Made by a program: the position numbers and the translations under genes. DNA of 64,000 bases from Candidatus Bathyarchaeota archaeon (GTDB lineage: Archaea > Thermoproteota > Bathyarchaeia > 40CM-2-53-6). The stretch covers positions 1,376,001 through 1,440,000 of the forward strand of contig CAVSBL010000002.1 in assembly GCA_963726255.1 (NCBI GenBank), read 5' to 3'. The notes under the pieces are model-generated. The model worked only from the letters and a program-made list of their open reading frames with translations. It made no database searches and was not told the origin of the DNA. Numbering within the stretch: position 1 is the stretch's first letter; every line of letters begins with the position of its first letter. Positions 1-8,958 of the stretch are shown here, in pieces.

Positions 1-214
1 CGTACCCAAGCTTCTTGATGGATTCACGTATCACTTGAGTATTTGTTTGGGTAGGGTTGTATCGTACTAGAACTTTGTCCGTGAGATAACTGACGGATAT
101 GTCAACGATGCCTTGCATGCTCTTCAGTTTCTGTTCTATTACTCGTGAACAGTAAGAGCACCGCGTATTGTATATCGTCAACATTACCTTCGTGGTCCTA
201 CTGTCATTGATCAT
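1..214 (-). CDS. Heavy-metal-associated (HMA/CopZ-like) domain protein, runs off window edge
   Basis: Not in ORF track. Manual translation from ATG 214: MINDSRTTKVMLTIYNTRCSYCSRVIEQKLKSMQGIVDISVSYLTDKVLVRYNPTQTNTQVIRESIKKLGY, with CxxC and terminal LGY typical of the HMA fold. Confidence 0.8.
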   Translation of the reverse strand, partial: MINDSRTTKVMLTIYNTRCSYCSRVIEQKLKSMQGIVDISVSYLTDKVLVRYNPTQTNTQVIRESIKKLGY

Positions 215-288
215 GGCGATGCTCTCGCAATTCTAATAATCATCTTCAGTGTGTATAAGGGGGCTGTCCAAGCGTTCAACCATAAGCA

Positions 289-306
289 TATTAGTTTATT
301 CTAATA
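289..306. promoter_or_regulatory. Candidate ArsR operator (TATTAG-N6-CTAATA inverted repeat)
   Basis: Perfect 6-bp inverted repeat 20 nt upstream of the ArsR start codon. Confidence 0.5.
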
Positions 307-326
307 CACTTACCGCTTGACCACGA

Positions 327-644
327 ATGAAGATTTACTCTCTCCAAGCAGACCTATGCAAGGCACTGGCCCACCCCGTTAGGTTGCAGATACTCGACCT
401 ACTCGCCAAGAAAGAATACACCGTTGAAGACTTAGCCAAGCTCACCGGCTCAGGCCAATCAAACCTCTCCCAACACTTGGGAGCACTTAGACAGCAGAAA
501 CTCGTCGTTCCTCGACGTGCAGGAATGAACGTGTATTATGGCCTGTCAAATCCGAAAATAGTGGATGCATGCACTCTGATCAGAAACTTGCTTGTGGACC
601 TGCTTGAAGACGAACATCGTGTGGTAAAAAAGATAGAGGCATGA
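327..644 (+). CDS. ArsR/SmtB family transcriptional regulator
   Basis: KALAHPVRLQIL...SQSNLSQHL..LR...G..VYY winged-HTH pattern. Confidence 0.92.
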   Translation: MKIYSLQADLCKALAHPVRLQILDLLAKKEYTVEDLAKLTGSGQSNLSQHLGALRQQKLVVPRRAGMNVYYGLSNPKIVDACTLIRNLLVDLLEDEHRVVKKIEA

Positions 645-648
645 ACCA

Positions 649-1311
649 ATGGGTATCCTACCGGAATCGCACGTAAGTAGATTGAAAGCCGACCTAGCGA
701 AAATGCTAGTCAATCCCGTAAAAGTAACCGTATTCACTCAGGAAATTGAATGCGACTACTGCAAAGAGACACGGGAACTCGTAGAAGAAATCAGCTCGCT
801 CACCGACAAGATCAAGCTCCAAGTACTTGACTTCGTCAAGGATAAGGAAAAGGCCGTAGAATACGGAGTTGACAAAGTGCCAGCAATAGTCATTGAAGGC
901 TCAAAGAAGTCAAAGGTAAAATTCTACGGAGTACCCGCAGGCTACGAATTCAACACACTCATCAAAGATATGGTGCTAGTAAGCAGAGGAGAAACCGAGC
1001 TAACCGCCGAAACCAAGAGAAGACTAAGGGACATCAAGAAACCCGTACACGTGAAAGTGTTTGTCACACCAACCTGCCCCTACTGCCCCGGAATGGTAAG
1101 TCTGGCACATCAATTCGCGATGGAGAACGAGAACATCACCGCGGACATGATTGAAATCAGCGAATTCCCGCAGCTAGGCATCAAATACAACGTGTCTGGC
1201 GTACCTAAAACGGTCATTAACGAATCCGTTGAAGTTCTGGGAATGCAGCCAGAGGAAGAGTTCGTCCGCCAACTCGAAGCAGCAACAAAACCGTCACCAA
1301 CCTACGGATAA
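649..1311 (+). CDS. Protein disulfide oxidoreductase (PDO, two thioredoxin folds)
   Basis: CDYC and CPYC motifs, GVPAGYEF, VSGVPK. Confidence 0.92.
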   Translation: MGILPESHVSRLKADLAKMLVNPVKVTVFTQEIECDYCKETRELVEEISSLTDKIKLQVLDFVKDKEKAVEYGVDKVPAIVIEGSKKSKVKFYGVPAGYEFNTLIKDMVLVSRGETELTAETKRRLRDIKKPVHVKVFVTPTCPYCPGMVSLAHQFAMENENITADMIEISEFPQLGIKYNVSGVPKTVINESVEVLGMQPEEEFVRQLEAATKPSPTYG

Positions 1312-1357
1312 GCCCACGACTCGTACGATTAATTCTAATGATTAGGAGGTGATTTGA

Positions 1358-1534
1358 TTGGCAAAGAAATTCAAGTGCGCTGATATTGGGATGAAATGTG
1401 ACTATGAGGAAACCGCAACCACAACCGAGCAGCTCATGCCCAAACTTGCTGCTCACGCCAAAGCCGCGCACGGAATGAGTGAAATTCCGACAGAAATCAT
1501 GGCGAAGATCACCGCGGCAATCAAGGACATCTAG
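1358..1534 (+). CDS. DUF1059-family small metal-binding protein (58 aa)
   Basis: Below ORF-track cutoff. SD AGGAGGTGA then TTG; MAKKFKCADIGMKCDYEETATTTEQLMPKLAAHAKAAHGMSEIPTEIMAKITAAIKDI has the C-x6-C...H-x4-H pattern. Confidence 0.85.
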   Translation: MAKKFKCADIGMKCDYEETATTTEQLMPKLAAHAKAAHGMSEIPTEIMAKITAAIKDI

Positions 1535-1565
1535 AAAGAGAAGGTCCGAATACCACACTCTTTTC

Positions 1566-2219
1566 CTATTTTGTACGTTTCCGAGTTGTCCTTTTAATTA
1601 ATCCGCGTATGACAACTGCACATTGAATCCCTCGATAACTAAGATTCCTCTCCAATCTTTCCTGTTCGACCCGAGTATTGGGTCCCTTAGCGAGCGGATT
1701 GTTAACGTACGTTGCATCGCCTGAATAACCTGTCAAGACGACCCAATGGGGCAAGTCCTCTTTTCCTCCGAACAATGAAGTCGAAGTAAGGAATAGTGGA
1801 ATATGCGACTTGGTCAGAAGCGCCTTCAGGGTTTGCAGTTTGATCGGACGATTGACATTGCTCAGTCCCATTGCGTGAAACTTACTTCGAATATCTCCGT
1901 AGAGAAGTTCAAGAACTCCTCTGTCAAGGGAAGGGATCTCGTGTGAAATCTCGTCTATGAAGGAGTGCTTTCGAGATATTCCCATGGTGAATGCTGAGAA
2001 TCCGCGTCTTGCTGCAGCCACAGCTAATCCTTCCTTACTGGTCCCGTAACTCTCGACAAGATTTGACTCCCGCCAAATATCCAACTCAAGCCCCTTGGTA
2101 AGGCGGAGCGCGGGTTGGAAGAACTTCATAGCCATCAACAGGCTAGCCGGACCGCAAGTAAACTGAGACGTTTGTTTGTGGAATGGGACTCGAAGGTGGA
2201 GTGAGTTCTTCGACTTCAC
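1566..2219 (-). CDS. Peptidase C39-like (DUF3335-type) protein
   Basis: QTSQFTCGPASL nucleophile motif, PHWVVL, NNP. Confidence 0.8.
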   Translation of the reverse strand: MKSKNSLHLRVPFHKQTSQFTCGPASLLMAMKFFQPALRLTKGLELDIWRESNLVESYGTSKEGLAVAAARRGFSAFTMGISRKHSFIDEISHEIPSLDRGVLELLYGDIRSKFHAMGLSNVNRPIKLQTLKALLTKSHIPLFLTSTSLFGGKEDLPHWVVLTGYSGDATYVNNPLAKGPNTRVEQERLERNLSYRGIQCAVVIRGLIKRTTRKRTK

Positions 2220-2404
2220 TTGAGTTTCTTCCTACGCTTCCTACCATACGTTCAATATTCGTTTCCTTACTATCTGTCAGCCGTTAATCACATAAATCGA
2301 TAAGGCATTTCAGGGAGTATGAGCAGGATACTCTTGGAAAATCCACACTGAAGAATGAATCCAGCCGATCGTCATACCTGATCATTAAGCAGTTTTCATT
2401 AGCT

Positions 2405-2998
2405 TCACAATAACTGAAGGATTATGCTTTCGAGCGTAGCGTAGCTCTGCTGACCCTGAAGTGATGTTACGATCGCGCCATTTCTGTTAATTATGAAGAA
2501 AGTTGGTGTGACGTTAACGCCAAACATACTCATGGTGGAACCGCTTGAATCATACACGTATGTCAAACTCGAGCCGTAGTCCCTTATGAACTTCGCCACG
2601 TCATTCTTCGTGGTGCCCTGCCACGGGCCGGAAACGCTAATGAATGCCACGTTGCCGCCGTATTTTTGGTGCAGCTGTTCTAGGATTGGAACCATCGATT
2701 GGCAATGAGAACACCAAGGTTCCATGAACTCGAGGAATACAACTTTCCCCTGAAGTGAGGAAAATGAGAAGGATTCACCCGTTGCGCCGCTTGGTCCGAT
2801 CACAGGTAACGTGAAATCAAGTGGGTTGGAAGACCGTGACGATGTTGTGGACGAATTTTCAGTCTGTTGTTGGATGGGCAGAGGAGGCTGCGTTAGTGAG
2901 TAGATCACCCAAGCTGCAATCATAATTATCAATGGAATGGCGATCTTTTCCGCCCTGCTTAGTCTCTGTTTCTTTTCTGAGGGCTTCTTTGATGACAT
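2405..2998 (-). CDS. Membrane-anchored TlpA/ResA-like thiol-disulfide oxidoreductase
   Basis: N-terminal basic stretch plus TM helix; WCSHC; GVNVTPTFF. Confidence 0.88.
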   Translation of the reverse strand: MSSKKPSEKKQRLSRAEKIAIPLIIMIAAWVIYSLTQPPLPIQQQTENSSTTSSRSSNPLDFTLPVIGPSGATGESFSFSSLQGKVVFLEFMEPWCSHCQSMVPILEQLHQKYGGNVAFISVSGPWQGTTKNDVAKFIRDYGSSLTYVYDSSGSTMSMFGVNVTPTFFIINRNGAIVTSLQGQQSYATLESIILQLL

Positions 2999-3097
2999 AA
3001 CCCTTACCAGAAAATCTGCAGAGCACTTATCTAAGATTAGGATGACGGCCCATTCACACAGCAGGAAGTCAGTACTTAAGATGGGAAGGATGTCTGA

Positions 3098-3250
3098 GTC
3101 GAAAGAAACAGGTTAACTGTTCGCGGTATGGATTGTTTTGATGGGACACCAGTACTGGACATAATGCCATACAAGGACGACTACAAAGTCGACGATTATG
3201 GTATTGCCGCTTGGTATCATGGACTAATCAGTGAAGCAACAAGACGTGCG
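3098..3250 (+). pseudogene. C-terminal remnant of a TsaA/TrmO paralog
   Basis: VERNRLTVRGMDCFDGTPVLDIMPYKDDYKVDDYGIAAWY aligns with the C-terminus of the intact gene at 18645-19163; in-frame TGA at 3095 and N-terminal two-thirds absent; 3' limit approximate. Confidence 0.75.
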
Positions 3251-3291
3251 TGGCACTGTCTTAGTACTCTCCACTATCTCGTCTCGTGCGC

Positions 3292-5703
3292 TCATAGCCC
3301 TAATTTTCTGAACGCGAAGTACTTGGGGAAGTCTACGGCAAGCGTGAATATTGCAGAGAGTCCCAAGACAACGAGAACTTGCATAGTCGTGACGGATGGT
3401 AGGACAACGCCGTAGATTCCCAGCAAGGCAAATCCAATCACCGTAGCTAAGCTAGAGATGGCAAGTTCCCTTCCGGGTCGAGAGGCCCAGAAGTGTCCTC
3501 TCTCCCTCACAATAAGGACTCTAAACTGGCTGGTAAAGACTAGCGTAAGCAGCACAAAGGTCTGAAGGGTTCCCAGCTCCATGTGATAGTAATTCGTGCC
3601 GATGAAGATGACGATGGCACCTTCGACAACCAAGAGTAGGCCGATAATGAGTGAGGCTAACGTGATGTTCTTCACGTTCCAGATGTTTGGGCTGCGCGTG
3701 GTCTTCACGTTATCAGTGGCAAGTGACATTGTTACGAAGTCATTTGCAAACACCAACAAAACCATGCCCAGCACTGAGAGTACGACGTGGTGCAACCAGA
3801 AGAAGCCCAAGACTAGTATGCCGACGAACTGTATTACTTTCGTGACCTTGTTGACAACCCACGTTAGCATGCGCTGGTAGATTTGCCTGCTCGTGCCTAT
3901 TGCGTTGAGGATAACTCTGAGTCCGGGTTCGGTTAGAACTATGCTGGCAGATGCTTTTGCAACATCGGTTGAGTCGCTTACAGCTATGCCTACTTCCGCT
4001 TGTTTGAGCGCAGGTGAATCGTTCACACCGTCTCCTGTCATTCCTACCATGTGGCCTCTCGATTGCAGAAGTTTCACCAGTTTGTACTTGTCTTCTGGAT
4101 AAATCTCAGCCAATCCATCATATTCATCCAGAGCGCTTGCTTGATCCGCTTCTGATAGTTTCTCTAGATTTGACATCGAGTAGATTCGATTGCCAATGTC
4201 TACTTGGCTTGCGATCTCTCTGGCTATTGCCACGTTATCTCCTGTCAGCATTTTCGTCTTTACGCCTAAGCGGTTCAGTTCCCCTATCGTTTCCTTCGAG
4301 TCGGGTCTGGGAGGATCGGCCAGCGGGAGGAGCCCTACAAGCTTGAAGTTATCTAGGTCATTATCCTCTGATTTGGCGACCGCGATTGTTCGATAGCCTT
4401 TCTTGGATAATGATTCCACATTATTGTTGACATTTTTCCTAGTTTCATCGTCTACTTTGCATAGAGACAGAATTACTTGTGGTGCTCCTTTGGCTACTCT
4501 GAATCGTTTTCCGTCGTGTTCGACGATTGCTTCGGATCTCTTTGTCGCTGGATCAAATGGAGTAAACGACTCTTGCGTATATTGGATGGGGGCGGAGAGG
4601 TTCTTTGCGTAGTCGATCACGGCGAGGTCAATTACGTCTCTTATCTCCTCTTTCGAAGCTAGTCTCGCCATTATTGCGACGTCGTTCTTTTCGAACCCTT
4701 GGAAAGGGATAGGGTCGGTGACAGAGAGTTTGTTCTGTGTGATTGTACCGGTCTTGTCTAGGCATAGCACTTCCATTGATGCTGCGTCCTCAATGGAATT
4801 GAGCCTAGTTACTAGAGCGCCTTCTTTGGCAAGTTCCATTGCGCCCACCGCGAGAACGATGGCAAAGACTGCAGGTAGCGCGACTGGGACGGAACCCATG
4901 AGAAAGATTAGAGCGAACCTTACGATGGTTAGGGCGTCTACGACTCGTGTTAAAGCCGCGTCTAATACCACGAACGCCAGGGCCGCAATGCCAATGTACA
5001 TTGCATATTTGACAATGGCCGACATGATCTGCTCTTGGTGCGATTTGGGTTTGGCGATTTTCACTAATTCAGCAGTCTTTCCGAAGTATGTGTGGGCTCC
5101 CGTGTTGAGTACGAGAGCTTTCGCTTCGCCTCGCTTTATGATAGAACTCGAATAGAGAATCCCGGATTGATGTGCGGTCACGGGAAGTGATTCACCGGTC
5201 AACGCTGACTGATCAACGGACACTTCTCCAGCGACTATCTTGCCGTCAGCTGGTATTAGGTCGCCCAAACCAACCTGTATGATGTCGCCTGGAACTATTT
5301 CCCGAGCATCCTTGACGACCCATTCTCCATTCCGCAGAATTTTCGCTTTGATTGCTAGCCGTTTCTTCAGGAGTTCAAGTGCTTTCAGAGAGCTGCGCGT
5401 ATGGTGAAATCCGATGATAGCGTTCAGGGTCAGAAGCCCAAAGACTATTCCCACTTCCAGGTAGTGGCCTATGACGTATGAGAGAACCATCGTTAATTCC
5501 AAAAGCCAAGGCATTGGCCCCCAATACCGCGCCAAGAAATCGACAAACGGGTTCTTCCGCTTCTCCGATAATTCGTTGTAGCCAGATTCGCTAATGCGTC
5601 TCTTTGCCTCATTTTCGCTCAGACCGTTTGTTGACGTGCTCAATGCCGAGTACGCGGCTTCAATTGTTACGTCGGCAAAGTCTGCTGTCGTTCTAGTTGT
5701 CAT
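3292..5703 (-). CDS. P3A-type plasma-membrane proton-efflux P-type ATPase
   Basis: TGES, DKTGT, KGAPQ, DPPR, GDGVND; WGPMPW, PVALPAV and M6 ANDF are typical of P3A H+-ATPases. Confidence 0.9.
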   Translation of the reverse strand: MTTRTTADFADVTIEAAYSALSTSTNGLSENEAKRRISESGYNELSEKRKNPFVDFLARYWGPMPWLLELTMVLSYVIGHYLEVGIVFGLLTLNAIIGFHHTRSSLKALELLKKRLAIKAKILRNGEWVVKDAREIVPGDIIQVGLGDLIPADGKIVAGEVSVDQSALTGESLPVTAHQSGILYSSSIIKRGEAKALVLNTGAHTYFGKTAELVKIAKPKSHQEQIMSAIVKYAMYIGIAALAFVVLDAALTRVVDALTIVRFALIFLMGSVPVALPAVFAIVLAVGAMELAKEGALVTRLNSIEDAASMEVLCLDKTGTITQNKLSVTDPIPFQGFEKNDVAIMARLASKEEIRDVIDLAVIDYAKNLSAPIQYTQESFTPFDPATKRSEAIVEHDGKRFRVAKGAPQVILSLCKVDDETRKNVNNNVESLSKKGYRTIAVAKSEDNDLDNFKLVGLLPLADPPRPDSKETIGELNRLGVKTKMLTGDNVAIAREIASQVDIGNRIYSMSNLEKLSEADQASALDEYDGLAEIYPEDKYKLVKLLQSRGHMVGMTGDGVNDSPALKQAEVGIAVSDSTDVAKASASIVLTEPGLRVILNAIGTSRQIYQRMLTWVVNKVTKVIQFVGILVLGFFWLHHVVLSVLGMVLLVFANDFVTMSLATDNVKTTRSPNIWNVKNITLASLIIGLLLVVEGAIVIFIGTNYYHMELGTLQTFVLLTLVFTSQFRVLIVRERGHFWASRPGRELAISSLATVIGFALLGIYGVVLPSVTTMQVLVVLGLSAIFTLAVDFPKYFAFRKLGL

Positions 5704-6010
5704 TGAATGAGTACGCCTATCAAGTGTTCACAAAAGCGGCAGTAACCTACCGGCGTTAGTAAGAGTTCCTGACACGATCAGACAAGTCGAAGTCGATTGA
5801 ATGTCAGTTGTGGAGGCAATGAACGAGAAGAGAATCGACCAGTCCGCGTTCTTCTCAGCAGGAGAGGCTAACTAGTAATCATGTACATCAAGCCCGTCGA
5901 GAAGAGGCATGAACGCAAAAATCACTGAGAATGCTCTTCGCCCAGAAGGATTCGTTTCATATCTTCGTATTGGTCCTTCGTGATCTCTCCGAGGGCAGAT
6001 CGCTTCTGCA

Positions 6011-6790
6011 CTATTTCTCGTCATAATTCCAAAAGTGATTTGACCGTTTTTGACCTCCGACCAGCGCAACCACGCCTAGCGTCATCTCCTCCGTAAGCGT
6101 ACGTTGAAAGCCGATAGTGGACAGTGCTTCGGCGATTTCATCCGCGGAGGTTGATTTCAGTATCGAATTTGCAAGGTAGATCAAAGTATACTTCCAGTGC
6201 GCGGAAACTAATCCCCCAAGAGCGGGAATCACATAAAACATATGAAGCCTGAAAACTCGCCACACCAAAACGTTCTCTGGCCTAACAAAATCCACCGAGA
6301 GAAACCATCCCTGTTGAAGCAACACCCTCAGCGACTCACGAAACACAGCCATTTTGTCGCCTAAATTGCGCAACGCTAGTCCGACCGTCACGTACCTGAA
6401 GGTTCCGCTCCGAAAAGGAAGAAATTCTCCGACAGCCCTCACAAAGTCTACATCACAACGGCCCCTTGCCGCATGTTTTTTCCGGTTGGCTATACGCAGC
6501 ATCGAGGGGCTCAGATCCAGGCCTACGACGTAACCACTCCACACGTTCAAGCGTGCCAGGTTGAAAGTCACCAATCCGGTGCCGCACGCTACGTCTAGGA
6601 CCTTAGTTTTATTGGAAAAGACCATCTTGGCAAACATACGTCTCCGCCAAACCCAATCTAGCGAAAGCGTCATCAGATGAACAAGAACATCATACTCGTT
6701 CTCAACATCTGTGAAGATTGCTGTTACAAACTTGGCTTTGTCCACGAATTTGGTAGGAATTTCGATCAGCGTCATGCGTTTCTGGACCAC
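6011..6790 (-). CDS. UbiE/MenG family quinone C-methyltransferase
   Basis: YD...SL.LDWVWRR, LDVACGTG, LRNL, YLANSI. Confidence 0.82.
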   Translation of the reverse strand: MVQKRMTLIEIPTKFVDKAKFVTAIFTDVENEYDVLVHLMTLSLDWVWRRRMFAKMVFSNKTKVLDVACGTGLVTFNLARLNVWSGYVVGLDLSPSMLRIANRKKHAARGRCDVDFVRAVGEFLPFRSGTFRYVTVGLALRNLGDKMAVFRESLRVLLQQGWFLSVDFVRPENVLVWRVFRLHMFYVIPALGGLVSAHWKYTLIYLANSILKSTSADEIAEALSTIGFQRTLTEEMTLGVVALVGGQKRSNHFWNYDEK

Positions 6791-7067
6791 CTACTGAAAG
6801 GAATGGTTAATTTGTGCAGCAAGCCGGCTAAATCGATGTTTGCACATGCACCACTTGGAGGAAGACAGAGTAATAGATGAGATAAGAAGGCTATCCACTA
6901 TCACATGGGGAGCGCTCGCAAACTACTCTTATGGCATACCGAGTATTGTCTCTCGCCTTCTGAAGCCGCATCGTCGCCTGCGGCTTGCTGTTTAGCGCCG
7001 GACGGAAAGAGTTATTTTGCATAAGTATTCACTAACATGCCGTTAGAATACGGACAAGGGCAGGATA

Positions 7068-7580
7068 ATGCTGAAGATTAGGATCAGTTGGCCTAAGCTT
7101 CTCTTGCTTGTGGCCATGTCTGCATTCGGACTATGGGCCTCTTCCATGGTGATAGTCGTCTACTATACGATGAAACAGTCTTTGCCTTTCTGTCCTCTGC
7201 AGCAAGGGCCAGGGATAGTGGTGAATTGCAATGCCGTACTGGACAGCAGGTACAGTATGGTCTTTGGCGTTCCTCTTGAGCTATTCGCTGTCGCGTACTT
7301 TGTCATCAATCTCTTATTGGTCTATTTCATTGCTTTTGGGAGTGATCGCTTGTTTAGAACCTCACTGAATGCCTTGTTTGGATGGAGATTCCTAGGCATT
7401 GTAATTGTACCATACCTCGTCTTCGTCGAGCTGTTTCTGGTTAAGGCCATTTGCGTTTACTGTACTATTATGCACGTTGCGATCATTGCAGATTTTCTCA
7501 TCATCAGCTACCTTCTTTTCTATAAGAAACGCGGCCTGATAGAAGCGGTAGAAGCCACCACGAGCGGGAGGGCAGCGTGA
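7068..7580 (+). CDS. Vitamin K epoxide reductase (VKOR) family protein
   Basis: Loop cysteines CPLQQGPGIVVNC..VL.SRYS..FGVP; active-site ICVYC; about 4 TM helices. Confidence 0.9.
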   Translation: MLKIRISWPKLLLLVAMSAFGLWASSMVIVVYYTMKQSLPFCPLQQGPGIVVNCNAVLDSRYSMVFGVPLELFAVAYFVINLLLVYFIAFGSDRLFRTSLNALFGWRFLGIVIVPYLVFVELFLVKAICVYCTIMHVAIIADFLIISYLLFYKKRGLIEAVEATTSGRAA

Positions 7581-7892
7581 AGTAGATTACATAGGCGTTC
7601 AATATCGATGGACTACGTGATGAAGAATCTGGATGAATGGGAGGCCTTAGCTAGGGTGAGTCAGGTGGATCTTACGCAGCTAACACGCGACCAGGTAGAA
7701 CATTGTCACGGATTCTGTTGGGCATGTGTGAAGCGCTGGTGCTCTTGGAACGAGATACCGCCTCTAAGAACTGGGTCGCGTAACACCGGGTCGATCTCGT
7801 CGCGTGCAGTCAACTCGTCTATCAAGTAGGATCCTAGAACTCGGCTACGGTGATGTGACTTCCCGGCGGAAAGACCTGTAGAAGTTCGGCGA

Positions 7893-8762
7893 ATGCTGAA
7901 CCAGAGTATGCCTTCAGTCGATCGCGTGAAGCTCACAGTTCTTGTTGAAGATTCCGTAAACAAGCCTGGTCTCACAGCGAAACATGGCCTGTCGTTCCTC
8001 GTCGAAACTGCCTCAGCTGCTTCCAACTCAAGAATTCTCATGGATGCAGGACCGCCTCCCGACATAGCCTTACGCAACGCTAACGTGTTGAAAGCTGACA
8101 TCCGCCATTTGGACACCATAGTCATTAGCCACGGACACTATGACCATGCAGGCGGGTTAGTCGAGATCCTAAGAAATATCTCTCGGCCAACTCCCGTGAT
8201 CATTCACCCCTTGGCCTTTGTTCCAAAATTCTCCCTCAAACCCGATCTCAGATTCATAGGGCCAGACTTTGATCAAAGATCGGTTAGAGACGCCGGCGGA
8301 GTGCTGCTGCTTGCTCGCAACTCCGTCGCGATAGCAACCGGTGTTATCACAAGCGGCGAGGTTTCCAGGGAAACCGACTTTGAGAAAGTCGAGGGATTCT
8401 GGACGGTTAAGGACCAGCGTTTCGCTCAGGACCAGATGACTGACGATCAAGCACTCCTGATAAACGTGAGACAGAAAGGCCTCGTCGTCATATCAGGATG
8501 CGCCCACTCCGGAATCGTAAACACCGTAAGGCACGCGCAGAAGATGACTGGAACAAACAATATTCATGCAATCATCGGCGGCTGCCATCTGGAAAATGCT
8601 GATGACAAGAGAATCCAGGCAACCCTTGATCAGCTCATAAGAATTCAACCGAAGTTACTCTATCCATGTCACTGCACAGGCTCCAAAGCAGTGAATAGGC
8701 TCATTGACTCCTTCGGAGATCGGTGTAAAACTACTCGTACTGGAGACATCATTGAGCTCTGA
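7893..8762 (+). CDS. MBL-fold metallo-hydrolase (MJ0301/MJ0448-like)
   Basis: HGLS, SHGHYDHAGG, GCAHSG, GGCH, HCTG. Confidence 0.9.
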   Translation: MLNQSMPSVDRVKLTVLVEDSVNKPGLTAKHGLSFLVETASAASNSRILMDAGPPPDIALRNANVLKADIRHLDTIVISHGHYDHAGGLVEILRNISRPTPVIIHPLAFVPKFSLKPDLRFIGPDFDQRSVRDAGGVLLLARNSVAIATGVITSGEVSRETDFEKVEGFWTVKDQRFAQDQMTDDQALLINVRQKGLVVISGCAHSGIVNTVRHAQKMTGTNNIHAIIGGCHLENADDKRIQATLDQLIRIQPKLLYPCHCTGSKAVNRLIDSFGDRCKTTRTGDIIEL

Positions 8763-8958
8763 GACGACCTTTGGGATCGCACGCAAGCTGGATGATGTCG
8801 TTACCTGTGCTTAGGCAATATGCGGTCCGCTCTAGTGCAATTTCACTTTGAAATGGGCCCGAAGGCTATCGCATTCTCGCCCTCAACAGGGCCGGACGCT
8901 GTCGCCACAAGATCACAAGCGTAACACTAGGAGTTCACTGGTTCTGTTCATGTCGCTC

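Noticed and set aside
7608-7829. 73-aa ORF with CHGFCWAC
   Set aside because: No recognisable family; Cys spacing does not fit a known motif; could be decayed sequence
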